From the human T2T-CHM13v2.0 reference genome, Homo sapiens, in the NCBI RefSeq assembly GCF_009914755.1, contig NC_060940.1: a stretch of 64,000 nt of DNA; one strand, 5' to 3'. Both the position numbers and the translations under genes were made by a program. How positions within the stretch are numbered: the first letter of the stretch is position 1; each line of letters begins with the position of its first letter. Below are positions 28,277 through 44,934 of this stretch, one piece after another. The notes beneath the pieces are model-generated. The model did not search any database. It was not told the DNA's origin and worked only from the letters and a program-made list of their open reading frames with translations.

Positions 28277-28851
28277 TTAATCTCACTTAATTGTAATGAA
28301 TTTTTGTGTGTGCTGGCTTCCCTTATCCTCTGTACTTCGTTCAGTGCCGGGTACCTATCAGGTGCTGAATGAGTTTGCTTCAATGCATGCACCCAATAGT
28401 TAATTTGGAAAACCAGTTATATATAATAATAATGAGTTTAGTATGATTTGAATTTTGCTTCTACACACGTACACACTTCCCCAGGGATTTGGCATCTGGA
28501 AAGATTTGACAGATGTGTACAGAAATGTCATACTGCATAGTGATAGGGTGGGTGTTCTCTTTTGAACTTTCCCAGTTTTCCAGATTATCTGCAGTGAAGG
28601 TATATTCTTTTGCAATCAGGGAAAAAATAATTTTTAAAAGTACCCTTAAGACAGGTAAACCCACAAAAATGCAATTAGTTCTGAAATGCTTACTAAATTT
28701 TCATAGCTATAAGCCTTCTGGTGCATGATTACATGCATTGTCACAAAGCAACTGCCAAGCCATTTCAGCTTTTGTCGTGTGAAAATGGTACAGGAAGAAT
28801 GAGATACAAAAGGTTATCAGCCCACTGTGCTCTGAACCAGCCATCCACTGA

Positions 28852-29287
<436 letters not shown>

Positions 29288-29651
29288 TAGGAAGGCTTAG
29301 TACTTCAATAAAACCTTAGTAAAAGTAAACCTCTTCTCTTAAAAGATGAAGTGAAAATACTTTTTAATGACATGAGTAAATAGAAAGTTCAGACCTGACA
29401 CTGGGTCCCTTAAACAGGCCCTCACCACAGGAATGCCAATCCAGCTGCCAGTCATAAACACAGGAGTCTGTTCAGCTTCCATTTTGGGTCTGTCGATTGA
29501 TCCTTACAGTGTGCTAGGCTTTGTGCTACATGTTTTATGCATGCTCTCACATGCAATCCCCACAACAGCCTCATTCATTGTATTCAGCAACTACTTTTCT
29601 TCAGGCTTGAGGTACTTGAGGTAGGTATTTCTGTTTTAGAAATCAAGAGAG

Positions 29652-29758
29652 GAACCAGGCACAACTGTAAGTTCCACCTACTTGGGAGGCTGAGGTGGGA
29701 GGATCATTTGAGCCCAGGAATTGGAGTTCAGCCTGCCTCTCATAACAAGATTAAAAAA
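29652..29758 (+). mobile_element. Alu monomer (FLAM-like) within MIR
   Basis: ctacttgggaggctgaggtgggaggatcatttgagcccagg. Confidence 0.75.
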
Positions 29759-30129
29759 GGAGGAAATCAGGAGAGACTAAGTTAGTTATCTGAGTGGGAG
29801 AGCTGGAGTTCAGCCCATATTTGTCTGACTCTGAAGGCCCATGCTCTTTCTGCTGTATTGTCCACCTCTTGGTCTACCATGCTCCAATTCAAAACACCTT
29901 CAGAGAAGTTTTGCAGTTTCTTTTAATAGGACCGTAGAGAAAAGCAAAACCAAACCACCAAGGGTCAAAGCAGAAAAGCAGAGAGAACTTCTGTTAGCTC
30001 ATCATGGAACACAAGGAAACGAGGAATTACATAGTCAGAAAACAAACTCTGACTTCCAGAAATATGAATGCAGCCCCTTTTATCCAAAGAAAATGAGACC
30101 ATCCTCAGTAACCCCCTTGCTGTCACTGA

Positions 30130-30375
30130 TTGTGTGCTAGCTGTGTGCCAGGTTGTTCTGCTGCTACTTTAAGTGCATTACACGTGTGAGCTCACTGAAA
30201 TCTTGCTATATGCTTCTGAGACAGGTGTTACTAAAACCCTATTTTAGAGATGAGGAAACCGAGGGACAGAGAGGTTCAAAAATTTGTTTAAGACTTATGT
30301 GCAGGATATGTTGGGACTAGGATTTAAGTCTGGGCTGTTGGCTTTTGGGTCTCCACTCTTAAGTCCTATACTGCT
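30130..30375 (+). mobile_element. MIR
   Basis: attttagagatgaggaaaccgagggacagagaggtt. Confidence 0.75.
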
Positions 30376-30569
30376 TCTCTCTTCCCTTGTGTCTCTTCAT
30401 CCTTCTGAGATGACTCTGCTCTTGTCTCAAAGGTTCCAGACCTCTGTCCCCATCCCAGCTCTCCCTGTGACCTCCAGCTCTCCACTTCCAACTGCCTACG
30501 GAGTGGCTCTACCTGAAAGTCTTCCAGCTACATCTAACTCAACATGATTCATATTCATTAAGTTACTTA

Positions 30570-32690
<2,121 letters not shown>

Positions 32691-34928
32691 TAAGGGTTTT
32701 CCAGCTTTTCCTTCCCAATTATTCCCTGCTCCCACAGCAGTATACTCACACTTCTATTGTAGGACATTCTTCTCTTTTGGTTTCCATTTTGGTTTATACT
32801 GTTAAATTATGAGATGCTGTCAAATAGGACCTATCTTCTTTTAATCCTTGTATGTCTGGCACTTTATACAGTGCCTGGTACATAGGAAGTATTTGAGAAA
32901 TGTTAAATAAACAAAATGAAATGAAGTATTGAATGAATGAATGAATGAATGAACGAGGATCTCTGTGTCATTTTGTAGCAAAGCACATGTTACCTCAAGT
33001 CTTGTGATAGCTGTGGCAGAGTCTGAACAGTGACTCCAGAAGTGTATCCCTTCTGGAGCTCTAGTTTGCATCATGCAGGCAGAGTCTGGGTCAGACGAGT
33101 GTTTAGCCCGTTAGTCATCGGATGGCTGCCAAGTCGCAAGCATTTTACAACAAAAATTATATAGAAAATGAGTGATAGGGTGCAAATTGCTGAGTGCAAA
33201 ATAGAAAGTGTTAGGAGCAAAATCTATTAACAGCTAGATTAGAAATACAGTCCTCTAAAATCAGAATATTCTAGTACTTCTAAGTGAAGGGTATTTCCCA
33301 AGTTACTTGAATATTTAAATTTTTTTTTTCTCTCTACCCAAGGTTGAGTTCCACTGGGCTTCATTTAAGTGAGCCTCTGGTAAACTGGTATCTTACTTGT
33401 TTAAAAACCATATCTGACTTCCCTGTGTGATGAAATCTTTCAGAAGCATCTCTTGATATGGGAGGAAAAGGTAGAATTTTTATATAATGGCTTAAAATAG
33501 ACAGAAAATGAAGCCTGATCTCCAGAGAGCTTAGCTTTCCACATCTTTCAGCCATTGACAAAGGCCTGGCATGCTGGCATTTTATATCTAAAATACCTTT
33601 CCAAATACTTATTAAACTATATAATCATCATTTATGCCACAGGATCATTTGTGAATCTCAAGAAATACAGTATGTGACCAGACAACTGCTAATATAAATT
33701 TCATGACTGCATACTCATTGGAAAAAACTCTAATGGGATTAAATGAAAAAAAGCCTAACATAGTTGAAAATCTGCCAACAGCTGTTCCAAATTATTGTGT
33801 GATATCTGATGTTCTACATGTACCTGTCCAAAATGGAAAGTGAACTTATTTGTTTGACAGAATGAATTAATATTAAATTACTTAATGTTCACTTCTTCTC
33901 CAAAGTTACTTGTTCTTTTTTTTTTTTTTAAAGAAAAATTGAACAAATGCTTCATAGTACGTTTATGTGTCAGGCACTAATTTAATTACTCTATAAACAA
34001 TAAAAGAGGGCATTTAGGTTGAGATTTTTTTCTCTTACATTTTCTTTGAGATAGTGACAAAATTAGCCAGTTATTATTATTTGTTTTCACTGTGGTAGAC
34101 TGAAAATTCCTCAGTCTTGAACAACAGATTTAAATAGTACCAGAAGTTCTCTTGAAGATTTTTGACCATTTAGAGCCATCAGAAAGAATCTCTTGGCAAA
34201 TATAAGAAATGTCATGAAAATTAAGAATTTTTTTAGTGCAGCATCTTCACTCTGATTTTTCTGATTAAAAATATTTTACATTTATATTGGGAAATTTGAA
34301 AATAATATAGATGTCTAAAGAAGAAAATCAAAATGATGCTCAAGTACATTACTCAGGGATAACCACCATAAACTTTTGGCTATCTTTTTATCCAATTTTT
34401 TTTTTTTTTTCTGTGAGCTTTTACATATGTACTGTTTTTCTTTTAATGAAACTGAGATCTCTTGTCTATCTTGTTACTAATTTCTTCTATGAGTATAGTT
34501 TCCTACTGACTTCCAAACAGTTAAGTTTGTTACTTTAATATTCCATCACGTGGTTGTACCATTTTCCCTTCTAAACCCTTCTTGGGCATTTTGGTGGTTT
34601 TCAGTTTTTAATTATTATCAATAGCAGTATGATGAATATTCTTATAATCTTGGTGTGTTTAATAACTTCCTTATGACAAATTCCTAAAAGTAGAATAACT
34701 GCATGAAAAGATATGGGCATATTTAGGTTCTGATAGATCTTGTCCAATTGGCCTTAAGCAACATTGTAATAATTTGCATTCCTAATTGCACGCTATCAGA
34801 ATATTGAATTTTGCCATTATCAACAATATGTATTACTATTATAAAATGTTTTAATGCAAATTTGATAGACAGTAACTAATTTAAGTATAATACAAATTAT
34901 ATATTTTCCAACTTTGATACAGTTAATA

Positions 34929-35214
34929 TTTATTTATTTATCTATCTTTGAAATGGGGTCTCACTCTGTGGCCCAGGCTTAGGCTCACTTCAGCTTCCAC
35001 TTCCTGGGCTCAAGCCATCCTTCCACCTCAGCTGCCCGAGTAGCTGGGACCACAGGTGCGTGCCACCACACCTGGCTAATTTTTTTGTATTGTTAGTAGA
35101 GAGGGGATTTCACCTTGTTGCCCGGGCTAGTCTCGAGCTCGTCAGCTCAAGCAATACACCCGCCTGAGTCTCCCAAAGTGCTGGGATTACAGGTGTGAGC
35201 CACCACGCCCAGGC
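34929..35214 (-). mobile_element. AluJb-like
   Basis: Antisense dimer with TSD cagttaat. Confidence 0.92.
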
Positions 35215-35725
35215 AGTTAATTTTTTTATGTGCTAAGAGGCTTCTTTATTAATTTGCTTGTGAATGGGTGTGTGTGTGTGTATTTAAATTTTTAATGGTT
35301 CTGCATTAATGTTTCTGCATTCCTGCCATATAGGTTGTACTTTTTTTTTCCAGTTTGTTTGCCTTTTAATTTTATGATTTATTTTATACAAAAATTTAAA
35401 TTTTCAGATATTCACATCTATCAATCTTCTTTTTCAAAAAGTTTATTGATTAACTGTATATGTGTATAATTTACATACCATAAAATGCACGTTTTGAAAT
35501 TGTACAATTCAGTGATTTTTGGTAAATTTCCAGAGGCATACAACCATCATCACAGTAGTTTTAGAACATTTTTAGCACCCCAAAAAGATCTCTCATGCCT
35601 CTTTACATTTAGTTTTCTTTCCTGCCCCAGCCAAGATCTCCACTCATCTGCTTCAGTCTTTTAAAGCTTTTATTCTTAGAAAGGAGTCTTGAGCACTTAT
35701 GTGGAACCAAGTGATGTGGCTATAA

Positions 35726-36051
<326 letters not shown>

Positions 36052-36223
36052 ACTAGTACTATCTTCTTTTAGGAGCTTGTGATCTTACAGGACAGATTAT
36101 TAAACTAATAATAGTTTAAATAAATATAGTTACAAATAGATAAGTGCTACAAAAGAGAAGTAAAGCGTGGGGAGTGATAACAGAGGGCACCTATTTGAGG
36201 GTGGAGATTCAGGAAAGGTTTCC

Positions 36224-36533
36224 TTTTTTTTTTTTATTATACTTTAAGTTTTAGGGTACATGTGCACATTGTGCAGGTTAGTTACATATGTATACATGTG
36301 CCATGCTGGTGCGCTGCACCCACTAACTCGTCATCTAGCTTTAGGTATATCTCCTGATGCTATCCCTCCCCCTCCCCCCACCCCACAACAGTCCCCAGAG
36401 TGTAATATTCCCCTTCCTGTGTCCATGTGATCTCATTGTTCAATTCCCACCTATGAGTGAGAATATGCGGTGTTTGGTTTTTTGTTCTTGCGATAGTTTA
36501 CTGAGAATGATGATTTCCAATTTCATCCATGTC
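36224..36533 (-). mobile_element. 5'-truncated young L1 3' end (L1PA2-like)
   Basis: ttattatactttaagttttagggtacatgtgcacattgtgcagg...; cccactaactcgtcatc is GAG-type rather than Ta ACA; TSD caggaaaggtttc at 36210-36222 and 36534-36546. Confidence 0.95.
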
Positions 36534-37524
36534 CAGGAAAGGTTTCTATAAGAAAATGACCCAGGGATGGGAAGGACCATCCAGGTGTGGAGTTGGGGGA
36601 GGAGCCTGGGGGAAGTATTTAAGAGCTGGACACTTGAGGACTGCAGGAATAGAAGCACATATGGTCAGAGAGAAAGGGGACATGATCTGAGTGGGAAAAA
36701 AATGGAATATTTTCCCATGCCATTATTTTCTTTTTATGCTGTTTTTTATGTCAAGGTATTTACAGATGATATTTATGTGGTTATATGTTTTTCCTGGTCT
36801 ATAGGGTTATAATTTCCCCATATTAAATATATCTTATGCAGTGTTGAGACCCAGTGTATGTTGAATAAGGGCAGCAGAATTTTAATGGGGGGTGGGCAGG
36901 CGTTTGTGCATATGAGTGCATTATTTTCAGTATTCCTTTCTTAGTCCCAGAGGGGAGTGTGTTCAGAAACAGAGTTCTTGGGAATTACCATACTTTTCTT
37001 TATTGTTTTATACTAAGGACCATTCAGAGAGTACTGGAGGTGTTAAGACAGTGTGAAGAAATTACCTTCTTCATCACTTCTTCATCATTGCTTTGAGTAT
37101 ACTGGGGCCTCAGGGACTTGCTTAGAAAGTAACCAGTATAGTGATAGAATTAGAGTTGCTGCTCATGGCTTCAGAATATTTGGTCTCTGCTTACAGGATT
37201 GCATTGCTTTCTTCATAAGCTATGTAAATAGAAAGTACGATATCACTGTTTCTGTTTTCCAATGGGGATAACTAAAATATGGAAACTCAATCCTTAATGG
37301 ATCCCTGACAATCTCAATGACAATCCATAGTGGTATGCCACATGACTCTTCTCTTTGTCACTTTCAATTCATGGTCAACACCTCAGATAGGCATTTTGAG
37401 AAGCAGGGCAGTCCTACCACACTTACCTAGTAAAGTCATTTTTTCACATTCAGACTTGACTCATTCATTTTTCTTCTGCATACTTCCTCCCACTTTCTGC
37501 ATGTCTTCTATAATATCTCCTGCA

Positions 37525-37915
37525 CTCTGCCTCATTCAGAACAGGCTAGATTATGCTATAGTAACTGATAACTCTCAAATCTCAGTGGCTCCACACAATA
37601 ATATTTCTTGTCCATTTTATGTATCATTTGTGGGTTGGCACAGAGTCACTACCCATTAAAGTAGCTCAGAGATCCAAGCAGCCACCAGCTGGTTGCTGTG
37701 GCAGAGGGGTGCAGAGTATGCTGGAGGGTCTTGCAGTGACAATGACATGTTCCAGGCTGGAAGGGATGGCCATCATTTTTCACTGGACAGAAGTAATCCC
37801 ATGTTTCATCCATCCTGAGGGGACCAGGAAGTGTAATTTTACACTGGGCCCAAAAAGCTGGGTGGCAGAGGAGGAATCCAGAACTATTTGGCAAACAGCT
37901 CTAATGACCAGCATA
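37525..37915. mobile_element. MLT1-type MaLR LTR
   Basis: aggctagattatgctatagtaactgataactctcaaatctcagtggct. Confidence 0.65.
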
Positions 37916-38149
37916 CATTCTTAGCTAGTGATTCACCTTAACTTCATTGAGAAAGTCAGAGCATTCTCTAACTACCACCCCTCCAAAAGAAACCCTAGAA
38001 CGTACTCATCTGCCTACTATTATTACATTTATCATCCTATCTGAATTCATACCTTCTTTTTCCTTCTAGCCTATTCCAATATAAGAAGTATCTTCTCTCC
38101 TATCCACATATTTTTGATCACATACTCTTATCAGTAGATAAGCACATAC

Positions 38150-38358
38150 AGTGACATCCTAGAAAGTGTTTAACAAGTGGCCTGTAGGGGGAAAGAACCA
38201 GCCTTGATTTTTAGTGTTTTTTGATTTCCGCAGTGTAAATACTCTCACTGTGGACAGTTTCAAGCCACCGTCACGGTGTTACTGAATGTGCAGTTGGAAA
38301 GAGATGCACACAGTGGGCTCTCATGAGCCAGTGTGGACTGACTCCAGCACACCACCAG
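38150..38358 (-). mobile_element. MER63A-like hAT DNA transposon
   Basis: gttggaaagagatgcacacagtgggctctcatgagccag...ctccagcacaccac terminal repeat. Confidence 0.75.
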
Positions 38359-38559
38359 TAGTGTGCTGGTGGTAGTACTCATGTACTCGTGTCTGTTTTA
38401 TAATAATATTCATATTAAACCTATTTGTGTGTATATGTGTGTGTGTATATATATATATGCATACATATTTTAATAATGCTTGAGTTCTTTCATTTTATAT
38501 TAAAAATAAAGCAGTTCTACCTCTCCCCTGTGCCCCACCACTCTTCCAGATGGCCTTAC

Positions 38560-40350
38560 AAAGCCTTGCATACCTGACTTGGGGGCTACTGCTCTAGACA
38601 CTCAAGGTCTCGACTTCTTTGGTTATTCACTCTCTCTGCATCGTCAGCCTCTTTCTCTTGTATCATTCTCATGAGTGTACTGAGAAACTCTGGTGTTCTC
38701 TAGCGTCTTCCATCATTAGAGATTGTCCCTTAGTCTAGCCTTCTTCTTTATCAAAAGCTCCATTTTTCTACTCCCCTTCATAGCAGAACCATTCAGAGAC
38801 ATCTCTACATGCCATCTCACTTCCTCCTCTTTCATTCCATCTTCGCCTACTCCAATCTGACTTTCACCCCCAGCACTCTACTGAGATTGCTCGTGTCATT
38901 GCCATCAGTGATTTTCATGCTGCCAAATCTACTGGATCATCTGTTTTCATCTCACTTGGCCTCTCAGTGTCAGGTGACATAGTTGAGTACCCCGCCCTTC
39001 TAGAAATGCTCTCCTCTTTTAGCTTCTGCAATAATACACTCTGCTGGTTCTCCTTTGTTGAGGCTTCTGCTGCGACTCAGGAAATAGCTTTGGTCTCCTT
39101 TTGATATTTGTACTGTTTCCCTAGGTGATCTCATTCATTTCTAGGCCTTTAAAACCAAGCTGTGTGCTGATCACTCCCACATTGCGTTCCTCTGCCCTGC
39201 TTTCTCTTCTGAGCTCCAGATGTGTACATCCAATTCCCCTCCCCCCGCCCACCATATTTTCACCTGGAGGTTTCATAGGTATCTTCAAGGCTGCAGCTCT
39301 ACAGTGAACTCTTCATTTCCCCCTTTTCTTCTTTCTACTATTTCTCTTTTGCCTCAGTTTTCCTTATTTCACAGAATAGTAAATTGTTTATTTAGTTGTT
39401 AAATCCAGAAATCTGGAATGTATTCTTAACTTCTATCCTGAGCAACAGGGAGAAACCCCGTCTCTACTAAAAATACAAAATTAGCCAGGTGTGGTGGCGC
39501 ATGCCTGTAATCTCAGCTACTCGGGCGGCTGAGGCAGGAGAATCACTTGAACCCAGGAGTGGAGGTTGCAGTGAGCCAAGATCATGCCATTGCACTCTAG
39601 CCTGGGCAACAAGAGCGAAACGCCATCTCAAAAAAACCCAAAAAACCCCAAAAGACTTATATCTTTTTTTATCCCTTACATCTAATTCATAAGCACATCC
39701 TTTAGTTCTACCTACAACGTATGTATTTCATCTGTCCACTTATCTTTGTCTCTATTTTAGTCCAGACCATCACTTTTCTTCCAGATGATTGTAATAGCAC
39801 ATTCCACGCTCACATGTGCCTCTTTCCAATCTGTGCCTGATATTATAACTAAGAGCGATTGTATAAGATGTAAATCAAGTTATTTTTCTCCCTTCTACAT
39901 CCTCCAGTGCATCTAGAGTTAGCTTCAGATTCCTTACCACGACCTCTAGGGCTATGTGTGATCTGGCCTCCGCCTTCCTCTGCCTCCTCGTAGCATGCCA
40001 CTCTGTCTTTGGCTCTTGTGCTCTAGTAAAACAAGCCTTTTTTTGTCCCTAGAATAGGTTGGTCTTTTTCCTGAGTGCCTTTGGCTTCTCTGGTCTGTCT
40101 TTCTGGGAAGCACTTTCTCTGGCTTGTCATATTTCTGGTGCCTTCTTTTCCTGAAGATCTCAGCTTAAATCCCGTCTCCTTAGAGAATTCTTCCTGTTCT
40201 AATAAGATTTCCTGCTGGTTTGTTTCTGTCTTAGTACTTAACACAATTTGGGGTTGCTTTTCTTTATTTATTTACTTGATTTGGTAGAAAGCTTTGTGAG
40301 AACAGGGACCTTGTTTCCATCTGGTGGTAGGTGCTCAATAAACAGATGCT
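38560..40350 (+). mobile_element. L2 LINE fragments
   Basis: ctactccaatctgactttcacccccagcactctactgagattgctc...; 3' end gtaggtgctcaataaa. Confidence 0.75.
39436..39652 (+). mobile_element. 5'-truncated AluS
   Basis: End of left arm plus full right arm. Confidence 0.92.
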
Positions 40351-40419
40351 GCATGAAAAAAAAAACGTTTGGAAGAATACTGGTCTTGCCCTGCCTATCA
40401 TGTGAATGGTAATTGCTAA

Positions 40420-40980
40420 ATGAAGACAGAGAAGGAAGGTATCTTAACAATGGTGGGCAACACAATACAGGGAGGACAGGTTAATGTGTTGATCATGTCT
40501 GACTCTTTCTTTAAGACAGCCTAAAACTAGGGAGGAACAAATCAGATCAAACGTTACAGAGGTAAATGTAAAATCCTGTGATTTGGTTACAAATAAATCA
40601 GTTGCATTTTACAGAATCAGGAAACTCCAGTCTGACACCGATTCACATGCCAAGTCCTAAGGAAAGTGGTAGCCGAAAAGCTAATGCAGCCCTAACCTAC
40701 ATTAATCATTCCATGTATTTCTGTATTAGGGAAGGGAATTGACCAATATTACTCTCCTCCAGTGACACCAGTAGAATTATTAGAATTTTGTAGAATTACA
40801 ATGTAATAATACCTCATTCATCCATGCACGAATCCATTTATTCATTCCTTTACCATTTACTGAGTAAATTCTGGGCACTCATATTATAGTCATGAGCAAA
40901 ATTGCCATGGCTTTTGTGTTCATGGAACTTAATGTCTAACTCCTGAAGAGAAGTGAGTTCTCTTTTTGTGAAAGTGTTAA
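40420..40980 (+). mobile_element. L3/CR1 relic
   Basis: ggtaaatgtaaaatcctgtgatttgg...aaaagctaatgcagccctaacctacattaat. Confidence 0.55.
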
Positions 40981-41009
40981 GCAGAAACCAGTTTGTCATT
41001 TATTGAGAC

Positions 41010-41285
41010 AATGCATTCTCATGGTTAAGAACTCGTGCCCTGGAAGCCAGGGGTTGGTGTCCAGGGGCTTTAAATTCCAGCTCCAGTATTTGCCAGCTGT
41101 GTGACTTTGGGCAAATTAATGTCTTTGGTCAGATTAATGTCTCTGTGTTTCAGTGGTCTCATCTATAAACTGGAGATAATAATACTATGCCTAGAGTTAA
41201 AATGAGCTAATGCACACAAGTAACTTACAACAGTACCTGGTACGTAGTAAGCACTTAATAAATATTTTAGATAATAAGCAGTTAA
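41010..41285 (-). mobile_element. MIR
   Basis: ccagctgtgtgactttgggcaaatta...gtttcagtggtctcatctataaactggagataataata. Confidence 0.85.
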
Positions 41286-41607
41286 TAAAATGGTGTTGAG
41301 ATTTAGGGTGAGAAAAAGTGGTCACAGAATAATCCTGGTGTATCAGGACCCACATTATTATTTTTTGTTTTTTATTAAAGATTGTTAGTAATTTGAGCTT
41401 GAACTTGAAAATCTTGACTTTAGAGTTTGATGACATTTGTTTTATTTGGTTTTCTGTTTTGGGCTAGGAAGATGTGACTCCTATTTAGAAATAGCCACCA
41501 GGTAGTCCCCCCACAACTCCCCAAATGCTTACAAAGAAACACACCTTTGGAAATAATACAATTGTAGCTATATATCAACGTCTGTTTTTGCTTTGGTTTT
41601 GTTTTAG

Positions 41608-42270
<663 letters not shown>

Positions 42271-43926
42271 TAATAATATGACCCGAGTTGTTTAGGCTCT
42301 GGAGATACACACACATATACATGAACATGTTTGCATGTGTGCTTGCGTGTGTACATGCACATGCGTGTGTGTGTATCATGTGTCCTTTTTAGTCTTGTCA
42401 CACCTGTATGTCTGCAGAATATGCCTCTTTCTCATCTGGCCATGCTAGCTGGCTCATTGTTATACTGTACTCAGAATATTTTCGCACATAAGCGCTACTG
42501 TCATTTGTCTCTCTTGTGCCCAGGAGAGCAGCCTCTTGGTTTCATACAGCCGACTGTCTTCTCTACAGCTCAGAGGAGATTGTACAGTTGCTATAATTAA
42601 CTTGCTGATAAAGAGCTGGGAAAACAAAAATCTGTCAAATCTTTCCAGGTTCCCACAGGTGCACATTTCCAGACCTGCCAAAATATTTTATTATGGTTGA
42701 CATCACTATCTTGATGGGTGTGATTTGTCAAATATGGACTTGTTCTTGGCTTCCTATAGTTTGTAACTACTGTCCTTCCTTGCCAGAAGCAGTTGAGGTA
42801 GGTTTTGTAAGCAGACAGTCCTCTATTTTCAGGAAACTCCCTAGCTCTTTACCCAGTTCTGCAGTTTTAGACCTTGTTGGGTGGCTGTGGTAGACTTGTT
42901 CTTGCATTTTCTGATGTATAATCCCCTTGAAACTAGATCGTAGGCTACCTCTTAGTAGCCCACCCACATTTTTCTTCTTCTATTATTGTTTCTGTGTGTT
43001 TATGGCCCTCATTTTTCCTTAGAATAGAATTACAAAAATGGTAGTTGAACAGATGGAGGAGAGCATGACCTCTGTTGACTTTCTTTTGTGTCTGATTATT
43101 TGGCAAAGGGATACAAGACATAGTATTAGCTCTCCTGTCTGATTTACTGAAAGATGTTTGGAAAACCAGAATTCTGGATATCCCATCAGGGAATGACTGG
43201 AACTTTCCAGGGTCATTATTTTCTGACAACTCTAGTTATTTGATTGGATTTTTGTTTGTTGTTGTTATTTGTTTACTAAAATTACTGTTTTGGAAAAGAG
43301 ATTTAAGAAAAAAAAGATCTTTAAAGTACTCTTTAAATTTCTTACAATTTCCCAGTCTCAAAAATTTCCTCAGAACTACTAATATTTTTTCTAACTTTAT
43401 CTTATGTCTTCAGTCTGAAACAAGGAACTAGTTTAGCATTTGGAAATTTCACCACTTTCTCTGGCATCTCAAATAATGATGCTGACCTAAGAAAATCGCT
43501 TGAAGGGATTTAACGCTGTCCTAATGGAAAGAACGGAGATCCTCTGATCTTTAATAAGGACTTGCCAGGGATTTAAGAACTATCACATCCAAGAACTCTG
43601 ATGTGAACGAACAATGGAGTTAGTTTCTTTCTTAAGGAGACAACTCTCCAAACCTGAAGCAGTGGTATGTGATAGTACAAAGCTCTACAAAGATGTCTTT
43701 GTGCTCCCAATTACTCTGAGCCCTCCAGTTTAATAGTCCTATTGTACTCCCTTCGCGTGGGTGATCAAGTAGTTTTTGAAACCTAGAATATCTTTCAGAA
43801 AGGAATTTAAATGTCTAATGAATAGTTTCTATGCTCAGGAGTAATTAAGACTGACAAAGTATACAAATATAAATTACATATAAATATAGAAATGTTGGTA
43901 CTTAAAGAGGGAACTGTAGAATTTGA

Positions 43927-44251
<325 letters not shown>

Positions 44252-44294
44252 TCCTTTGTTCTCTTAACTGCAGAAATTCTCAGAACTCCATCTA

Positions 44295-44934
<640 letters not shown>

